This document shows positions 9,525 to 17,383 of a DNA stretch of 64,000 nucleotides, piece by piece. How positions within the stretch are numbered: the stretch's first letter is position 1; each line of letters opens with the position of its first letter. Made by a program: the position numbers and the translations under genes. Below the pieces are notes generated by a model. That model made no database searches, was not told where the DNA came from, and saw only the letters and a list, made by a program, of their open reading frames with translations. This DNA comes from a virus. Location of the stretch: the IMG/VR virus record IMGVR_UViG_3300046665_000384, positions 28,974 to 92,973 of that record; one strand, given 5' to 3'.

Positions 9525-9920
9525 TCAGTTCCAGCCGACCGGGCAGGAAATGCTCAGGGTCTCGGGACACAATCGCTCGTGCGCATTGGAGACGGGGACG
9601 TGCGAAGCGCTCATCAGGGCCGCGTAGCCCGGCAGGGCGATCACCGAGGCCATCAACATCACCGCGACAGGACTTCGTTCGATGGGCACGGCGGGCTTGA
9701 CCATGCCGGCGGCCAGCTGGGCGCGCTCGACTGCCGCGACGGCCACGACCGGGGCGGTGACAATCGCATCATTGGCGACGACCGAGACGGCGGCCTGCTC
9801 GATGCGCGGCGGGCTGGTACCGGGCGAAGCCGGGACGACCTGTGCGCACACGCTGGCGGCGAAGCCCATCAGTGCGACGGCGGCCAGCGTGACGAGCATG
9901 CGGGATCGGGATTTCAGCAT
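9525..9920 (-). CDS. secreted/membrane protein
   Basis: Signal-peptide-like N-term; AGGAG RBS. Confidence 0.5.
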   Translation of the reverse strand: MLKSRSRMLVTLAAVALMGFAASVCAQVVPASPGTSPPRIEQAAVSVVANDAIVTAPVVAVAAVERAQLAAGMVKPAVPIERSPVAVMLMASVIALPGYAALMSASHVPVSNAHERLCPETLSISCPVGWN

Positions 9921-9956
9921 CTTGACTCCTTGGGTTGAGGTTGGACTACGAAGGGA

Positions 9957-10247
9957 TTACGCGGTCACACGGACGGCGTGGGTTGCCGAGCAGCTGATCG
10001 ACGAGGTGCTGATGACCGGCGAATCAGCCGGGCCGGACCAGCTCAGGTAGCCGCTGCACGACACGGAAACGTTCTTGGTGTCGTCGTCCGCCAACAGGTC
10101 GACGACGGCATTGACGTTGGCCAGCACGGCGTCGCGGTCGCGCGCATGCATCGGCTGGTGCGCGAGGACGATTTCATCGAATTTGGCGGCGGCGGCCGCT
10201 TTGACTCCGGCCTTATCTGCTGCTGCGACGGTGAACGAAAAGCTCAT
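9957..10247 (-). CDS. hypothetical protein
   Basis: AAGGA RBS; MSFSFTV...SVSCSGYLSW. Confidence 0.6.
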   Translation of the reverse strand: MSFSFTVAAADKAGVKAAAAAKFDEIVLAHQPMHARDRDAVLANVNAVVDLLADDDTKNVSVSCSGYLSWSGPADSPVISTSSISCSATHAVRVTA

Positions 10248-10285
10248 GGGGTTCCTTCAGGTGGGTTGAACTGCGGAGAAGCCGG

Positions 10286-10432
10286 TTACGAGTGGAGCGA
10301 CAGCCAAAGCCAGAGAAATCGGCACAGGGCGTCCGAGAAGGCCCAGCCGATGGGCAGCGCGCACGCGACGAGGAGGGCGAGCCCGGCGGCGCTGATGCGT
10401 TGTCCGCCTGCACGGCGAAGTCGCATCTTCAT
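10286..10432 (-). CDS. 48-aa hydrophobic peptide
   Basis: MKMRLRR...GLALLVACALPIGW; GAGG RBS. Confidence 0.35.
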   Translation of the reverse strand: MKMRLRRAGGQRISAAGLALLVACALPIGWAFSDALCRFLWLWLSLHS

Positions 10433-10443
10433 TCCCTCATTTC

Positions 10444-10455
10444 GTGAGCGCATAC
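10444..10455. promoter_or_regulatory. operator copy GTGAGCGCATAC abutting the dif-like site
   Basis: Exact motif copy without the upstream TTGAC. Confidence 0.65.
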
Positions 10456-10456
10456 G

Positions 10457-10484
10457 ATTTGACATAAGATAGATTATGCGAATC
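10457..10484 (-). other. dif-like XerC/XerD recombination site
   Basis: Minus strand GATTCGCATAA-TCTATC-TTATGTCAAAT vs E. coli dif GGTGCGCATAA-TGTATA-TTATGTTAAAT. Confidence 0.85.
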
Positions 10485-10497
10485 TAAGTCATTGATT
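10485..10497 (-). promoter_or_regulatory. IHF consensus site
   Basis: AATCAATGACTTA = WATCAANNNNTTR. Confidence 0.65.
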
Positions 10498-10651
10498 TTA
10501 AAGGACTTTTAATCGACAATACATTTTCTATTGTCGAGTCCGGTTGTTGCGCGAATCCGGCCCGAGAACGTCCCGGAAAACGGTCCCAGAGTGCCTAGCG
10601 GTGATCTGCCCAGCTTCGCGCCCGGTATGGTCGCCACACACTACGGGGATG

Positions 10652-10692
10652 ACTGTACGGCTGGCCCCGGCACGCGCCCGGCGGCGTTTTCC
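10652..10692 (-). promoter_or_regulatory. late-promoter motif copy
   Basis: GGAAAACG-N27-TACAGT; near-identical to 48488-48528. Confidence 0.7.
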
Positions 10693-10712
10693 TAACCGCG
10701 CGGCGCTTTCTC

Positions 10713-10742
10713 TTGACAGTTAGTTTCGTGATCGCATACATT
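10713..10742 (+). promoter_or_regulatory. sigma70 promoter with operator
   Basis: TTGACA-N18-TACATT; GTGATCGCATAC at 10728-10739. Confidence 0.75.
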
Positions 10743-10785
10743 ATGCGCAGTTAAGCGCGAGACGCGGCATTACACGGAGAATTTG

Positions 10786-10995
10786 ATGGACAAGAGCAGG
10801 ATCAGGGTCGCGAGAAACACCTACGGCAATTACGTGGGCTTCATCGGCTCGAAGGCGGCCGAGCAGTTCGGCGAGGACGAGTTCCGCGCAACGCAATGGC
10901 TGAGCGACCGTCTCAACGAGGGCGGATTCGTCCTGTCGGCGAAAAGCGATGTGACCATGCGCGATGTCGAGCGCCACCGCGCGAACGTCGCATGA
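10786..10995 (+). CDS. small early protein
   Basis: GGAG RBS after promoter. Confidence 0.55.
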   Translation: MDKSRIRVARNTYGNYVGFIGSKAAEQFGEDEFRATQWLSDRLNEGGFVLSAKSDVTMRDVERHRANVA

Positions 10996-11303
10996 CGAAG
11001 GCCCCTAGCACCATGCTGCTGAACCTCAGTTCCCTCATGCTCCGCCTGCTGGCGCAGCACGCACCCCTCGGCAGCTTGCTTGCGAAGATCGGCATGCAGC
11101 TGCGCCACCGCCACGACGCCGCCAGCGGGGTCCAGATCATGGCCGACGACAGCGACGCCGCGTGCATCGCCCGGTGCGCGCTGGATCGGTTCGAGGCACT
11201 GGGCCACGCCATTGCCGCCGCCGAGACTGACGCGGACAAGGAACCGCTGTTCATCGAGTACCACGCGTGGCGCGCGCTCGTGCGCCAGCTGCCGCCGGCT
11301 TGA
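10992..11303 (+). CDS. hypothetical protein
   Basis: ATGA coupling. Confidence 0.5.
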   Translation: MTKAPSTMLLNLSSLMLRLLAQHAPLGSLLAKIGMQLRHRHDAASGVQIMADDSDAACIARCALDRFEALGHAIAAAETDADKEPLFIEYHAWRALVRQLPPA

Positions 11304-11328
11304 GCGCCCGCCGGGTCCGTGCTAAAGT
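11300..11328 (+). promoter_or_regulatory. sigma70 promoter for putative ncRNA
   Basis: TTGAGC-N17-TAAAGT with extended TGn. Confidence 0.5.
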
Positions 11329-11334
11329 ACCCGG

Positions 11335-11660
11335 CAACCACACGGCTGGCATCTACCGAGGAGCGAGAACACACACAGGTAATGCTGGTGCAGTGCGCGG
11401 GCGGATAGGTGGGGTAGTCGCCAGCCGTGTGGTGATCCACGAAGAAGCGGGAGAAAGACGGCCCTTGAATCCCTCGACAAACAATAGCAGCAGTAAGTGG
11501 GCCTAGCCGGGGTGGGACCGGCAAGTAATAAGCCACTTCGCATGAAGGCTGAGCAGGCTACGAGTTAGCGCTTGCTGTCGGTAGTGGCCGGTTCGATCCC
11601 GGCAGCCGCGAAGATTGGAAACCGTCCGTAAGCCCCGGCCCCGCGCCGGGGCTTTTGTTT
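11335..11660 (+). ncRNA. putative structured ncRNA with tRNA-like 3' domain
   Basis: 14-bp stem 11337-11350/11420-11433; T-arm GCCGG-TTCGATC-CCGGC at 11587-11603; own promoter and terminator; no credible ORF. Confidence 0.55.
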
Positions 11661-11661
11661 T
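11630..11661 (+). terminator. intrinsic terminator
   Basis: AAGCCCCGGC-loop-GCCGGGGCTTTTGTTTT. Confidence 0.85.
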
Positions 11662-11790
11662 CGTCCTGCGAATTCCACAGGGCGGCCGAAATCGACCGCT
11701 TGCGGCCGCCCTCGCCGGCCATGTCCAAAACCATGCCTTTCCAGTTTTGGATGCGCCCCAACTTTCGCACACCGATATTGCACAAATTGC

Positions 11791-11819
11791 TTGACAGCAG
11801 TTTTGTGAGCGCATACATT
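11791..11819 (+). promoter_or_regulatory. sigma70 promoter with operator
   Basis: TTGACA-N17-TACATT; GTGAGCGCATAC at 11805-11816. Confidence 0.75.
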
Positions 11820-11867
11820 TATACCTATACGGCGCAAAGGCGTCGCAACTTTTGGAGAACAGATCAA

Positions 11868-12131
11868 ATGGCCGCGAATACCGAACTGACGAAATCGCAA
11901 CAGGCTGTGATCGATGCCATGAACGATGGCGCAAGGCTTGCCGTTGATCCGATTACGGGCGCACACCTGATCCGCTCATCCGAGCTGGCTAAAAAGCATG
12001 GCGTAGCACCAATGGAGCGGGTAAGCATCAAGACGTTCGACGCCTTGCGCAGCAAGCGTGCCATCAAGCGCCCGATCAAAGGCGGCACGGAGTTCACTTT
12101 CAACGGCTACGGAGATTTCATCGTCGCCTGA
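11868..12131 (+). CDS. small early protein
   Basis: GGAG RBS. Confidence 0.6.
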   Translation: MAANTELTKSQQAVIDAMNDGARLAVDPITGAHLIRSSELAKKHGVAPMERVSIKTFDALRSKRAIKRPIKGGTEFTFNGYGDFIVA

Positions 12132-12221
12132 ACATTAGCCCACCAAGTACCAGTCCACGGCCGCCACGAGCGGCCTTTGCCAGTAGAAGCGGCGCGCAGC
12201 GCTGCACAACGGAGAAACCCG

Positions 12222-12401
12222 ATGGCTACCCCAGAATCACAACTGATTGCCGCGCTAGAGCGCATCCGCGCCGGCCGCGTTGCACCGAACATGACTGACC
12301 GCCTGAGCGACACCGAAATGGCGCGCATTGCACACGAGGCCCTGACCGCTGCCGGCGTCGGGGCGAAGATCACCCCAGAAGCCCTGATGATCCTGAAGTG
12401 A
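12222..12401 (+). CDS. small protein
   Basis: GGAG RBS after repeated leader element. Confidence 0.5.
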   Translation: MATPESQLIAALERIRAGRVAPNMTDRLSDTEMARIAHEALTAAGVGAKITPEALMILK

Positions 12402-12961
12402 TCAATATGAAGTGCGCGATCCTTTTCCCGCATCACTGCTTGGGCGATCCGCGCGACGCGGAGGGATGCCGCCTGCCGAACAACCACGCCGGGCCGCATG
12501 AATTCGTCGCCGCCGATGGCCGCGTGATGCAGTGGGAAACCGATTTGGAATGCTCCTGCGAACACTGCATGGAAGGCTACGGCGACTACTGCACCACGTA
12601 CTGGCCGAAAGTGCGCGTGTTCGCGTTCTGCCGCTCGATGCCGGGCGAGCCCTCGATGCGCACGCAGCTGGAGGCCATTCAGGCGGCCATCGGTACCGAC
12701 GTCGACGCCGACTGCATCATTGAAGACGGCTCGCCGGCCCTCTCGCCGCCATCCAAGCGCCCGGCGCTGCGCCAGCTGCTGGAGACCGCCGCGCGCGGGG
12801 ATCGCGTCATCGTCGCGGCGTCCCGGCTGCTGGCCCTGACCCGCGCGGAGGTGCGCGCCGTCATCAAGCAATTCGACCGCGCAGGCGTTCAGGTGTCGTC
12901 GCTGGACGATGGCGACCTGAACGGCCTACGCCCCAATGGAGATTTTCAAGGAACCCTATGA
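12398..12961 (+). CDS. Cys/His-rich domain fused to degenerate serine-recombinase catalytic domain
   Basis: RVFAFCRS...Q...RPALRQLL....GDRVIV...GVQVSSLD; lacks RVS, DRL.R and HTH. Confidence 0.6.
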   Translation: MINMKCAILFPHHCLGDPRDAEGCRLPNNHAGPHEFVAADGRVMQWETDLECSCEHCMEGYGDYCTTYWPKVRVFAFCRSMPGEPSMRTQLEAIQAAIGTDVDADCIIEDGSPALSPPSKRPALRQLLETAARGDRVIVAASRLLALTRAEVRAVIKQFDRAGVQVSSLDDGDLNGLRPNGDFQGTL

Positions 12962-13452
12962 CGACCAAGTCGAAGAACCTCACCGACGATAATCAACCAG
13001 AAACCGCGCAAGACGCACAGCGCGACCTGACGCACATCGCCGCCTACCTGCGCGAGACCAGCGCACCTCAAACGCTGGTCAACCGCCTGATGGCCGTGAG
13101 CCAGTTCATCAAGACAAACAGCACTGCGCCCGCGTCGACAGCCGAGCTGGCCGCCGCCCAGCGCCACACCTACGCCAGCATCGCGAACAGCATGACCGGC
13201 AAGCACCGCGACGAAAAGCACACCGAATACGTCACGCTGGCGGATGCCGAGGCGGCCGTGCGCGCGGCCTCGGATCGAAAATCCGTGCTGCTGAAGGCCG
13301 CCTATGACCTGCTGGCGAAGCAACGCGACTCCGGGTACGTGCTGAACCTGCTGCAAGAAACGGCCTTCTACGATGATGCGGACTGCGATGGCTACTGCCT
13401 CATGGAAGAAATCGCGGACGAGCTGGGCATCGACACGGATGCGCAAGCATGA
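12958..13452 (+). CDS. hypothetical protein
   Basis: LLKAAYDLL...YDDADCDGYCL motif. Confidence 0.6.
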   Translation: MTTKSKNLTDDNQPETAQDAQRDLTHIAAYLRETSAPQTLVNRLMAVSQFIKTNSTAPASTAELAAAQRHTYASIANSMTGKHRDEKHTEYVTLADAEAAVRAASDRKSVLLKAAYDLLAKQRDSGYVLNLLQETAFYDDADCDGYCLMEEIADELGIDTDAQA

Positions 13453-13997
13453 GCGCCGTCAGCGAAGCGCTGATGCGCCGCATCGGCAAGATTAAAGCGC
13501 TGGCCGAGCGTGGCGTGGATGGCGAACAGGCCGCTGCACAGGCGATGCTGGAAAACATCCTGTCGCGCCACAATCTGACGATGGCCGACATCGAGGACAC
13601 CGCGCCGGTTCGTAGCTGGGTCGAGGTGAAGTTTTCAGGCGAGCATGAGCGCACACTCATGGGCCAGATTGTGCGCAAGGTGACACAGCAGAACGACCTC
13701 TACATTAAGCGCCAAAAGGGCACGCGAGCCCGCTACTACGTCGAGCTGTCGCCGGCCGAGCATGTCGAGGTCGAATTCTTGTTCGAGGTGATGCGCCGCG
13801 CGCTTGCCGATGAATTCGACAAAGTGCTGTCCGCCTTCATCTACCGCAATGACCTCTTTGGCCCCAGTGCCGAGAGCGACGAAGACGAGGAGCACCCGGC
13901 CGCGCGGACGCCTGAGCAGGTCGCCCGCTCGCGCCAGATTGCGGCGATGGCGATGCACATGAGCCCTGTCAACGTACGGAAAGCAATCGAATCATGA
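13449..13997 (+). CDS. DUF2786-domain protein
   Basis: [23 protein letters not shown]. Confidence 0.7.
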   Translation: MSAVSEALMRRIGKIKALAERGVDGEQAAAQAMLENILSRHNLTMADIEDTAPVRSWVEVKFSGEHERTLMGQIVRKVTQQNDLYIKRQKGTRARYYVELSPAEHVEVEFLFEVMRRALADEFDKVLSAFIYRNDLFGPSAESDEDEEHPAARTPEQVARSRQIAAMAMHMSPVNVRKAIES

Positions 13998-14209
13998 GCA
14001 TCGTCTATTCCGCCGATGTGTTCTGCGACGGCGAATGCGCCGGCCTCTGGACGCACGGGGCCACCGGATCGGCGGCCCCGACGAAGACCGAAGCACGCGC
14101 GAACGCCGCCCACTCGGGCTATGTCCACCACAAAGGCAAGGACTACTGCCCGGCATGCTGGAAAGCGCTCGCCGCCAAACAAAACGAACCCGAGGAGGCC
14201 CACCAGTGA
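13994..14209 (+). CDS. zinc-finger small protein
   Basis: FCDG.C...DYCPAC. Confidence 0.55.
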   Translation: MSIVYSADVFCDGECAGLWTHGATGSAAPTKTEARANAAHSGYVHHKGKDYCPACWKALAAKQNEPEEAHQ

Positions 14210-14799
14210 GCCGTGTTTTTGCCTACTGCCGCGTGTCGACGACGGACCAGACCACCGACAACCAGCGCGCGGAAATCGTCACCGCTGGGTACGCCATCGA
14301 GCCCCAGCGCGTCATCACGGAGACGATCAGCGGCTCCGTTGCGGCGAAGTCGCGCCCCGGCTTCAAAAAGCTGCTGGACCGGCTGGAGCGCGACGACGTG
14401 CTGATCGTGACGAAGCTGGACCGCCTCGGGCGCAACGCGTTCGACGTGCGCGGGACAGTGGAACACCTCGCCAGCATCGGCGTGCGCGTGCACTGCCTCG
14501 CGCTGGGCGGCATCGACCTCACCAGTGCGGCCGGCAGGATGACCATGCAAGTGATCGCCGCCGTCGCCGAGTTCGAGCGCGACCTGCTCATCGAGCGCAC
14601 GAATGCTGGCCTACGCACGGCGGTCGCGAAAGGAAAGCGCCTCGGCAGGCCACCCGCCCTGAACGAAGAAGACCGGGAACAGGCCCTCGCGCTGCTGGCG
14701 GTTGGCGTGCCCGTGTCCGAGGTGGCGCGCGACCTCGGCACCTCCCGCGCGACCATCATCCGCGTGCGCGACGCCGCACAGGAAGCAGCCCCGGCGTGA
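14206..14799 (+). CDS. serine recombinase (resolvase/invertase family)
   Basis: [34 protein letters not shown] plus C-terminal HTH. Confidence 0.95.
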   Translation: MSRVFAYCRVSTTDQTTDNQRAEIVTAGYAIEPQRVITETISGSVAAKSRPGFKKLLDRLERDDVLIVTKLDRLGRNAFDVRGTVEHLASIGVRVHCLALGGIDLTSAAGRMTMQVIAAVAEFERDLLIERTNAGLRTAVAKGKRLGRPPALNEEDREQALALLAVGVPVSEVARDLGTSRATIIRVRDAAQEAAPA

Positions 14800-14823
14800 T
14801 TGCCGGCGCAGCACCAGACCGAG

Positions 14824-14846
14824 GCCCGGCACGTCCGGGCTTTTTT
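14824..14846 (+). terminator. intrinsic terminator
   Basis: GCCCGG-loop-CCGGGCTTTTTT. Confidence 0.75.
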
Positions 14847-14874
14847 CGTGTCACGTCACAGAAATAAAAGATTC

Positions 14875-14904
14875 TTGACAGCTCTATTTGTGATCGCATA
14901 CATT
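14875..14904 (+). promoter_or_regulatory. sigma70 promoter with operator
   Basis: TTGACA-N18-TACATT; GTGATCGCATAC at 14890-14901. Confidence 0.75.
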
Positions 14905-14954
14905 AATGCACATTGCGGCGCACTGGGCGCGGCGAATACTGAAAGGGCAGGATC

Positions 14955-15077
14955 ATGAGCAAAAAGCAGTTCGCAAAACTGGCTGCAAAATTCGGAGGCT
15001 GGATGGAGGGCGACGTAGCGCGCTTCCCGACTGTATGGGCAAAGCAGGAATTTGAGAAGGCACTTGCTGCCGCCTAA
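14955..15077 (+). CDS. 40-aa small protein (MSKKQFAKLAAKFGGW...)
   Basis: Read manually; same leader as 4223. Confidence 0.5.
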   Translation: MSKKQFAKLAAKFGGWMEGDVARFPTVWAKQEFEKALAAA

Positions 15078-15124
15078 ACACCAACCCGCGCCCGCTTCGG
15101 TGGGCGCGCTTTTAGGAGCCGAGA

Positions 15125-15364
15125 ATGCCCCTCCTCAATGCCCTCGATGTCCGCCTTACGCGCGACCGCTTCGACGATCCGCTCGTCATCATCGACACTC
15201 CCCTCGGGAATGGCATGGCCGCCTCGCCGGCCCAGTTGCGCGAACTGGCGCGTACGTTCCTGCTGGTGGCGACCGCCGCCGAGGCGTACCCGACGAAGAC
15301 GAAGCACTTCACCGATGCGCCGCGCACGTTCCCAATGAACATGTACCCGGACGCGCGGAAGTAG
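15125..15364 (+). CDS. hypothetical protein
   Basis: AGGAG RBS; SPAQLRELA motif. Confidence 0.6.
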   Translation: MPLLNALDVRLTRDRFDDPLVIIDTPLGNGMAASPAQLRELARTFLLVATAAEAYPTKTKHFTDAPRTFPMNMYPDARK

Positions 15365-15459
15365 ACCCGCTCGCCCAGCAGCGCCCATGCCCGCCACGAG
15401 CGGGCTTTGTCCATAGAAGGCTGCGCACCGGGCGCGGCCACGATTTGAAGGAGCCCCAC

Positions 15460-15732
15460 ATGAGCACCACCCCCGCGCGCGAGGCCAACGCGTGCGTCCT
15501 GCACGAGCGCCCCGGAGTGCAGACCGTGTGGCTGGTCGAAGTGCCCATTACGTCCGCTGCAACGAAGATGTATCAGGCGACGACCTACCCGCATAGCGCG
15601 CTGATCTTCCTGCAAGGCGAGCGTGGGCGCACGATCCCGCCCGGCGTTGCAACGCGGCTGCTGCCCACGGTGCGCGCCGCCATCGAGCGCGCCAAAGACA
15701 ACCACACAACCGAAGAAAGCAAGCCCAGATGA
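15460..15732 (+). CDS. hypothetical protein
   Basis: AAGGAG RBS. Confidence 0.55.
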   Translation: MSTTPAREANACVLHERPGVQTVWLVEVPITSAATKMYQATTYPHSALIFLQGERGRTIPPGVATRLLPTVRAAIERAKDNHTTEESKPR

Positions 15733-15992
15733 GAGTCGATGAGAAGTTCAATAAGCGCACGGCCAATCAGGTCGAGGTCGTCGCGCCGGTCGTTCAACAT
15801 GGCCCGAAGTACGATCTAGGCGTTCGTGTCACCCTTTACGCGACCCACGACAGCGATAAAGGCCAGCTCGGAATCAACATGACGGCCTACGAGGCGCTGG
15901 AATGGGCGCAGAAACTGACGGGCGCGGCCATCCAGCAACTGAAGTACGAAGCCGAGCGCGCGGAAGCCCTGCGCACGCGCCCCGCTGCATAA
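15729..15992 (+). CDS. hypothetical protein
   Basis: ATGA coupling. Confidence 0.55.
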   Translation: MRVDEKFNKRTANQVEVVAPVVQHGPKYDLGVRVTLYATHDSDKGQLGINMTAYEALEWAQKLTGAAIQQLKYEAERAEALRTRPAA

Positions 15993-16012
15993 CCCAACAC
16001 TGGAGAACCACA

Positions 16013-16333
16013 ATGCCACGACATCAAGCAAGCGAAGAAAGTTTGAAACAGGGTATCGCCGAAATACGCAAGCTGGCCGAAGCGCACGAGTCCCGCGTAG
16101 CGAAGGCGGCCAAGCTGGAGCAGCTGGCCCCGCTGGGGTTCCGGGACGCCGAGGATGGGGAAGCACCGGACGCCCTCTGGCACCCGGTGCTCGGCCCAAT
16201 CAACCACGGCAGCGTCAGACTGGAGAACGTGCTGGACCTCGTGTACGCCGCCGGCATGAAGCGCGGCGCGGACGACCTGCGAGCCCATCTCCGCGCTCTG
16301 CTCGACGTTCCGCAAGCGCCCCGGCCGGAGTGA
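16013..16333 (+). CDS. hypothetical protein
   Basis: GGAG RBS. Confidence 0.55.
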   Translation: MPRHQASEESLKQGIAEIRKLAEAHESRVAKAAKLEQLAPLGFRDAEDGEAPDALWHPVLGPINHGSVRLENVLDLVYAAGMKRGADDLRAHLRALLDVPQAPRPE

Positions 16334-16352
16334 CCTTCCTCCAGCGCACGAG

Positions 16353-16377
16353 AGCCCGCCCAGCGGGCTTTTTTTTC
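16353..16377 (+). terminator. intrinsic terminator
   Basis: AGCCCGC-loop-GCGGGCTTTTTTTT. Confidence 0.8.
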
Positions 16378-16470
16378 GTCTACCCCAAAAGCAAAAAGCC
16401 CGACTATCTCTCGACAATCAGGCTTTCAACCGGCCGCACGGGACGACCTCACGGGCTACGCCCAAGCGAA

Positions 16471-16668
16471 TTACACCGCCCTGCGCGCATTGCGCGAGCG
16501 TGCCGGGCCTTGCGGCTGACCGGTAAGCACGCGCGGCGCTGCCGGTGGCACTGGGATGCGCTGGAACTGGCGCACATCGTACCCGGCAAGACTGAGCCCG
16601 TCGCGCTCAAACCGGGCAACGTCGGCGGGATGCACCAGCAGCACTGGCAAACTCGTTTTCTCCATCAT
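16471..16668 (-). CDS. small hypothetical protein
   Basis: AGGAG RBS. Confidence 0.4.
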   Translation of the reverse strand: MMEKTSLPVLLVHPADVARFERDGLSLAGYDVRQFQRIPVPPAAPRVLTGQPQGPARSRNARRAV

Positions 16669-16787
16669 TTCTCCTGTTTTTTCGTCCAAAATCATTGTGC
16701 GGAATCATTCCCCTGTACGAAAGTCGTTTCACTAGGTTCTGGACAGCCTGTCGGGCAGATGTCCGCAAGCGAACGATTCCGGTCGCG

Positions 16788-17099
16788 CTACCGCCCGCGC
16801 TTGGTCCGCAGCTCGCGCGCACGCCGGCCGCTGCGCTGGGCACCCTGAACCGGCCAACTTGACCGTTTTGGCAAGTTCGCGACGTACGCACGCACCGGGT
16901 CAGGCCAGCGCTCCACGCGCGGCAGTGGGTCCAGACGAAACAAGCGCTCCGCATCGGCCAGCAGAGCCTCGAAATCGGGCGCAGGAGGCGCGATCTGCGT
17001 CGCGGACGAATCAAGAGCCACGGACACGCCAAGACCGCCCAAAACGCGCGCCAGCGCTTCCCCGAGGCCAGCGCCGCCACACACCAGCACGACCCTCAT
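16788..17099 (-). CDS. hypothetical protein
   Basis: ATGA coupling. Confidence 0.45.
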   Translation of the reverse strand: MRVVLVCGGAGLGEALARVLGGLGVSVALDSSATQIAPPAPDFEALLADAERLFRLDPLPRVERWPDPVRAYVANLPKRSSWPVQGAQRSGRRARELRTKRGR

Positions 17100-17383
17100 G
17101 CCGCGCACCCACCGGCCCGCCGGTAGGTCATTGGCTTAGCGGCGTACGCCTCGCGCATCCGACGCAACACGGCATCACGATTGCGCCAGAAATAGATGGC
17201 GGCCCTCATGCGCAACTCTAGACGATAGCGCTCGCGATACGTGGCCGTGTACTGCCTCACCTTGTCCGGGTTGTCACGCTTATACTGCGCCGACTTGGCC
17301 TTCAGCATGGCCTTGTTCGCTTGGTAATACCGGCGCTTACGCTCGCGCTCCGCCTCGGTCGTTTTCAGCTCCCGGCGCATCAT
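17096..17383 (-). CDS. basic helical protein
   Basis: RRYYQANK...YKRDNPDKVR repeats. Confidence 0.55.
   Translation of the reverse strand: MMRRELKTTEAERERKRRYYQANKAMLKAKSAQYKRDNPDKVRQYTATYRERYRLELRMRAAIYFWRNRDAVLRRMREAYAAKPMTYRRAGGCAA

Noticed and set aside
10457-10484. Host chromosomal dif marking a prophage end
   Set aside because: Phage genes and shared phage regulatory motifs continue on both sides
10575-10616. Plus-strand GGAAAACG as an eighth late promoter
   Set aside because: No -10-like hexamer at the 27-bp spacing
11536-11613. Canonical tRNA gene (GTTCGATCC T-loop)
   Set aside because: Bulged acceptor stem, no proper D-loop or 7-nt anticodon arm, no CCA; kept only as a tRNA-like ncRNA domain
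11335-11660. Retron msr-msd or known self-cleaving ribozyme
   Set aside because: No reverse transcriptase in the window; no hammerhead or twister core recognised
14206-14799. Tn3 transposon or Cin-like tail-fibre inversion system
   Set aside because: No transposase, terminal inverted repeats, inversion sites or fibre genes nearby
3837-15440. CRISPR mini-array or integron attC sites
   Set aside because: Elements are dispersed and separated by genes; no cas or integron integrase; no GTTRRRY core architecture recognised
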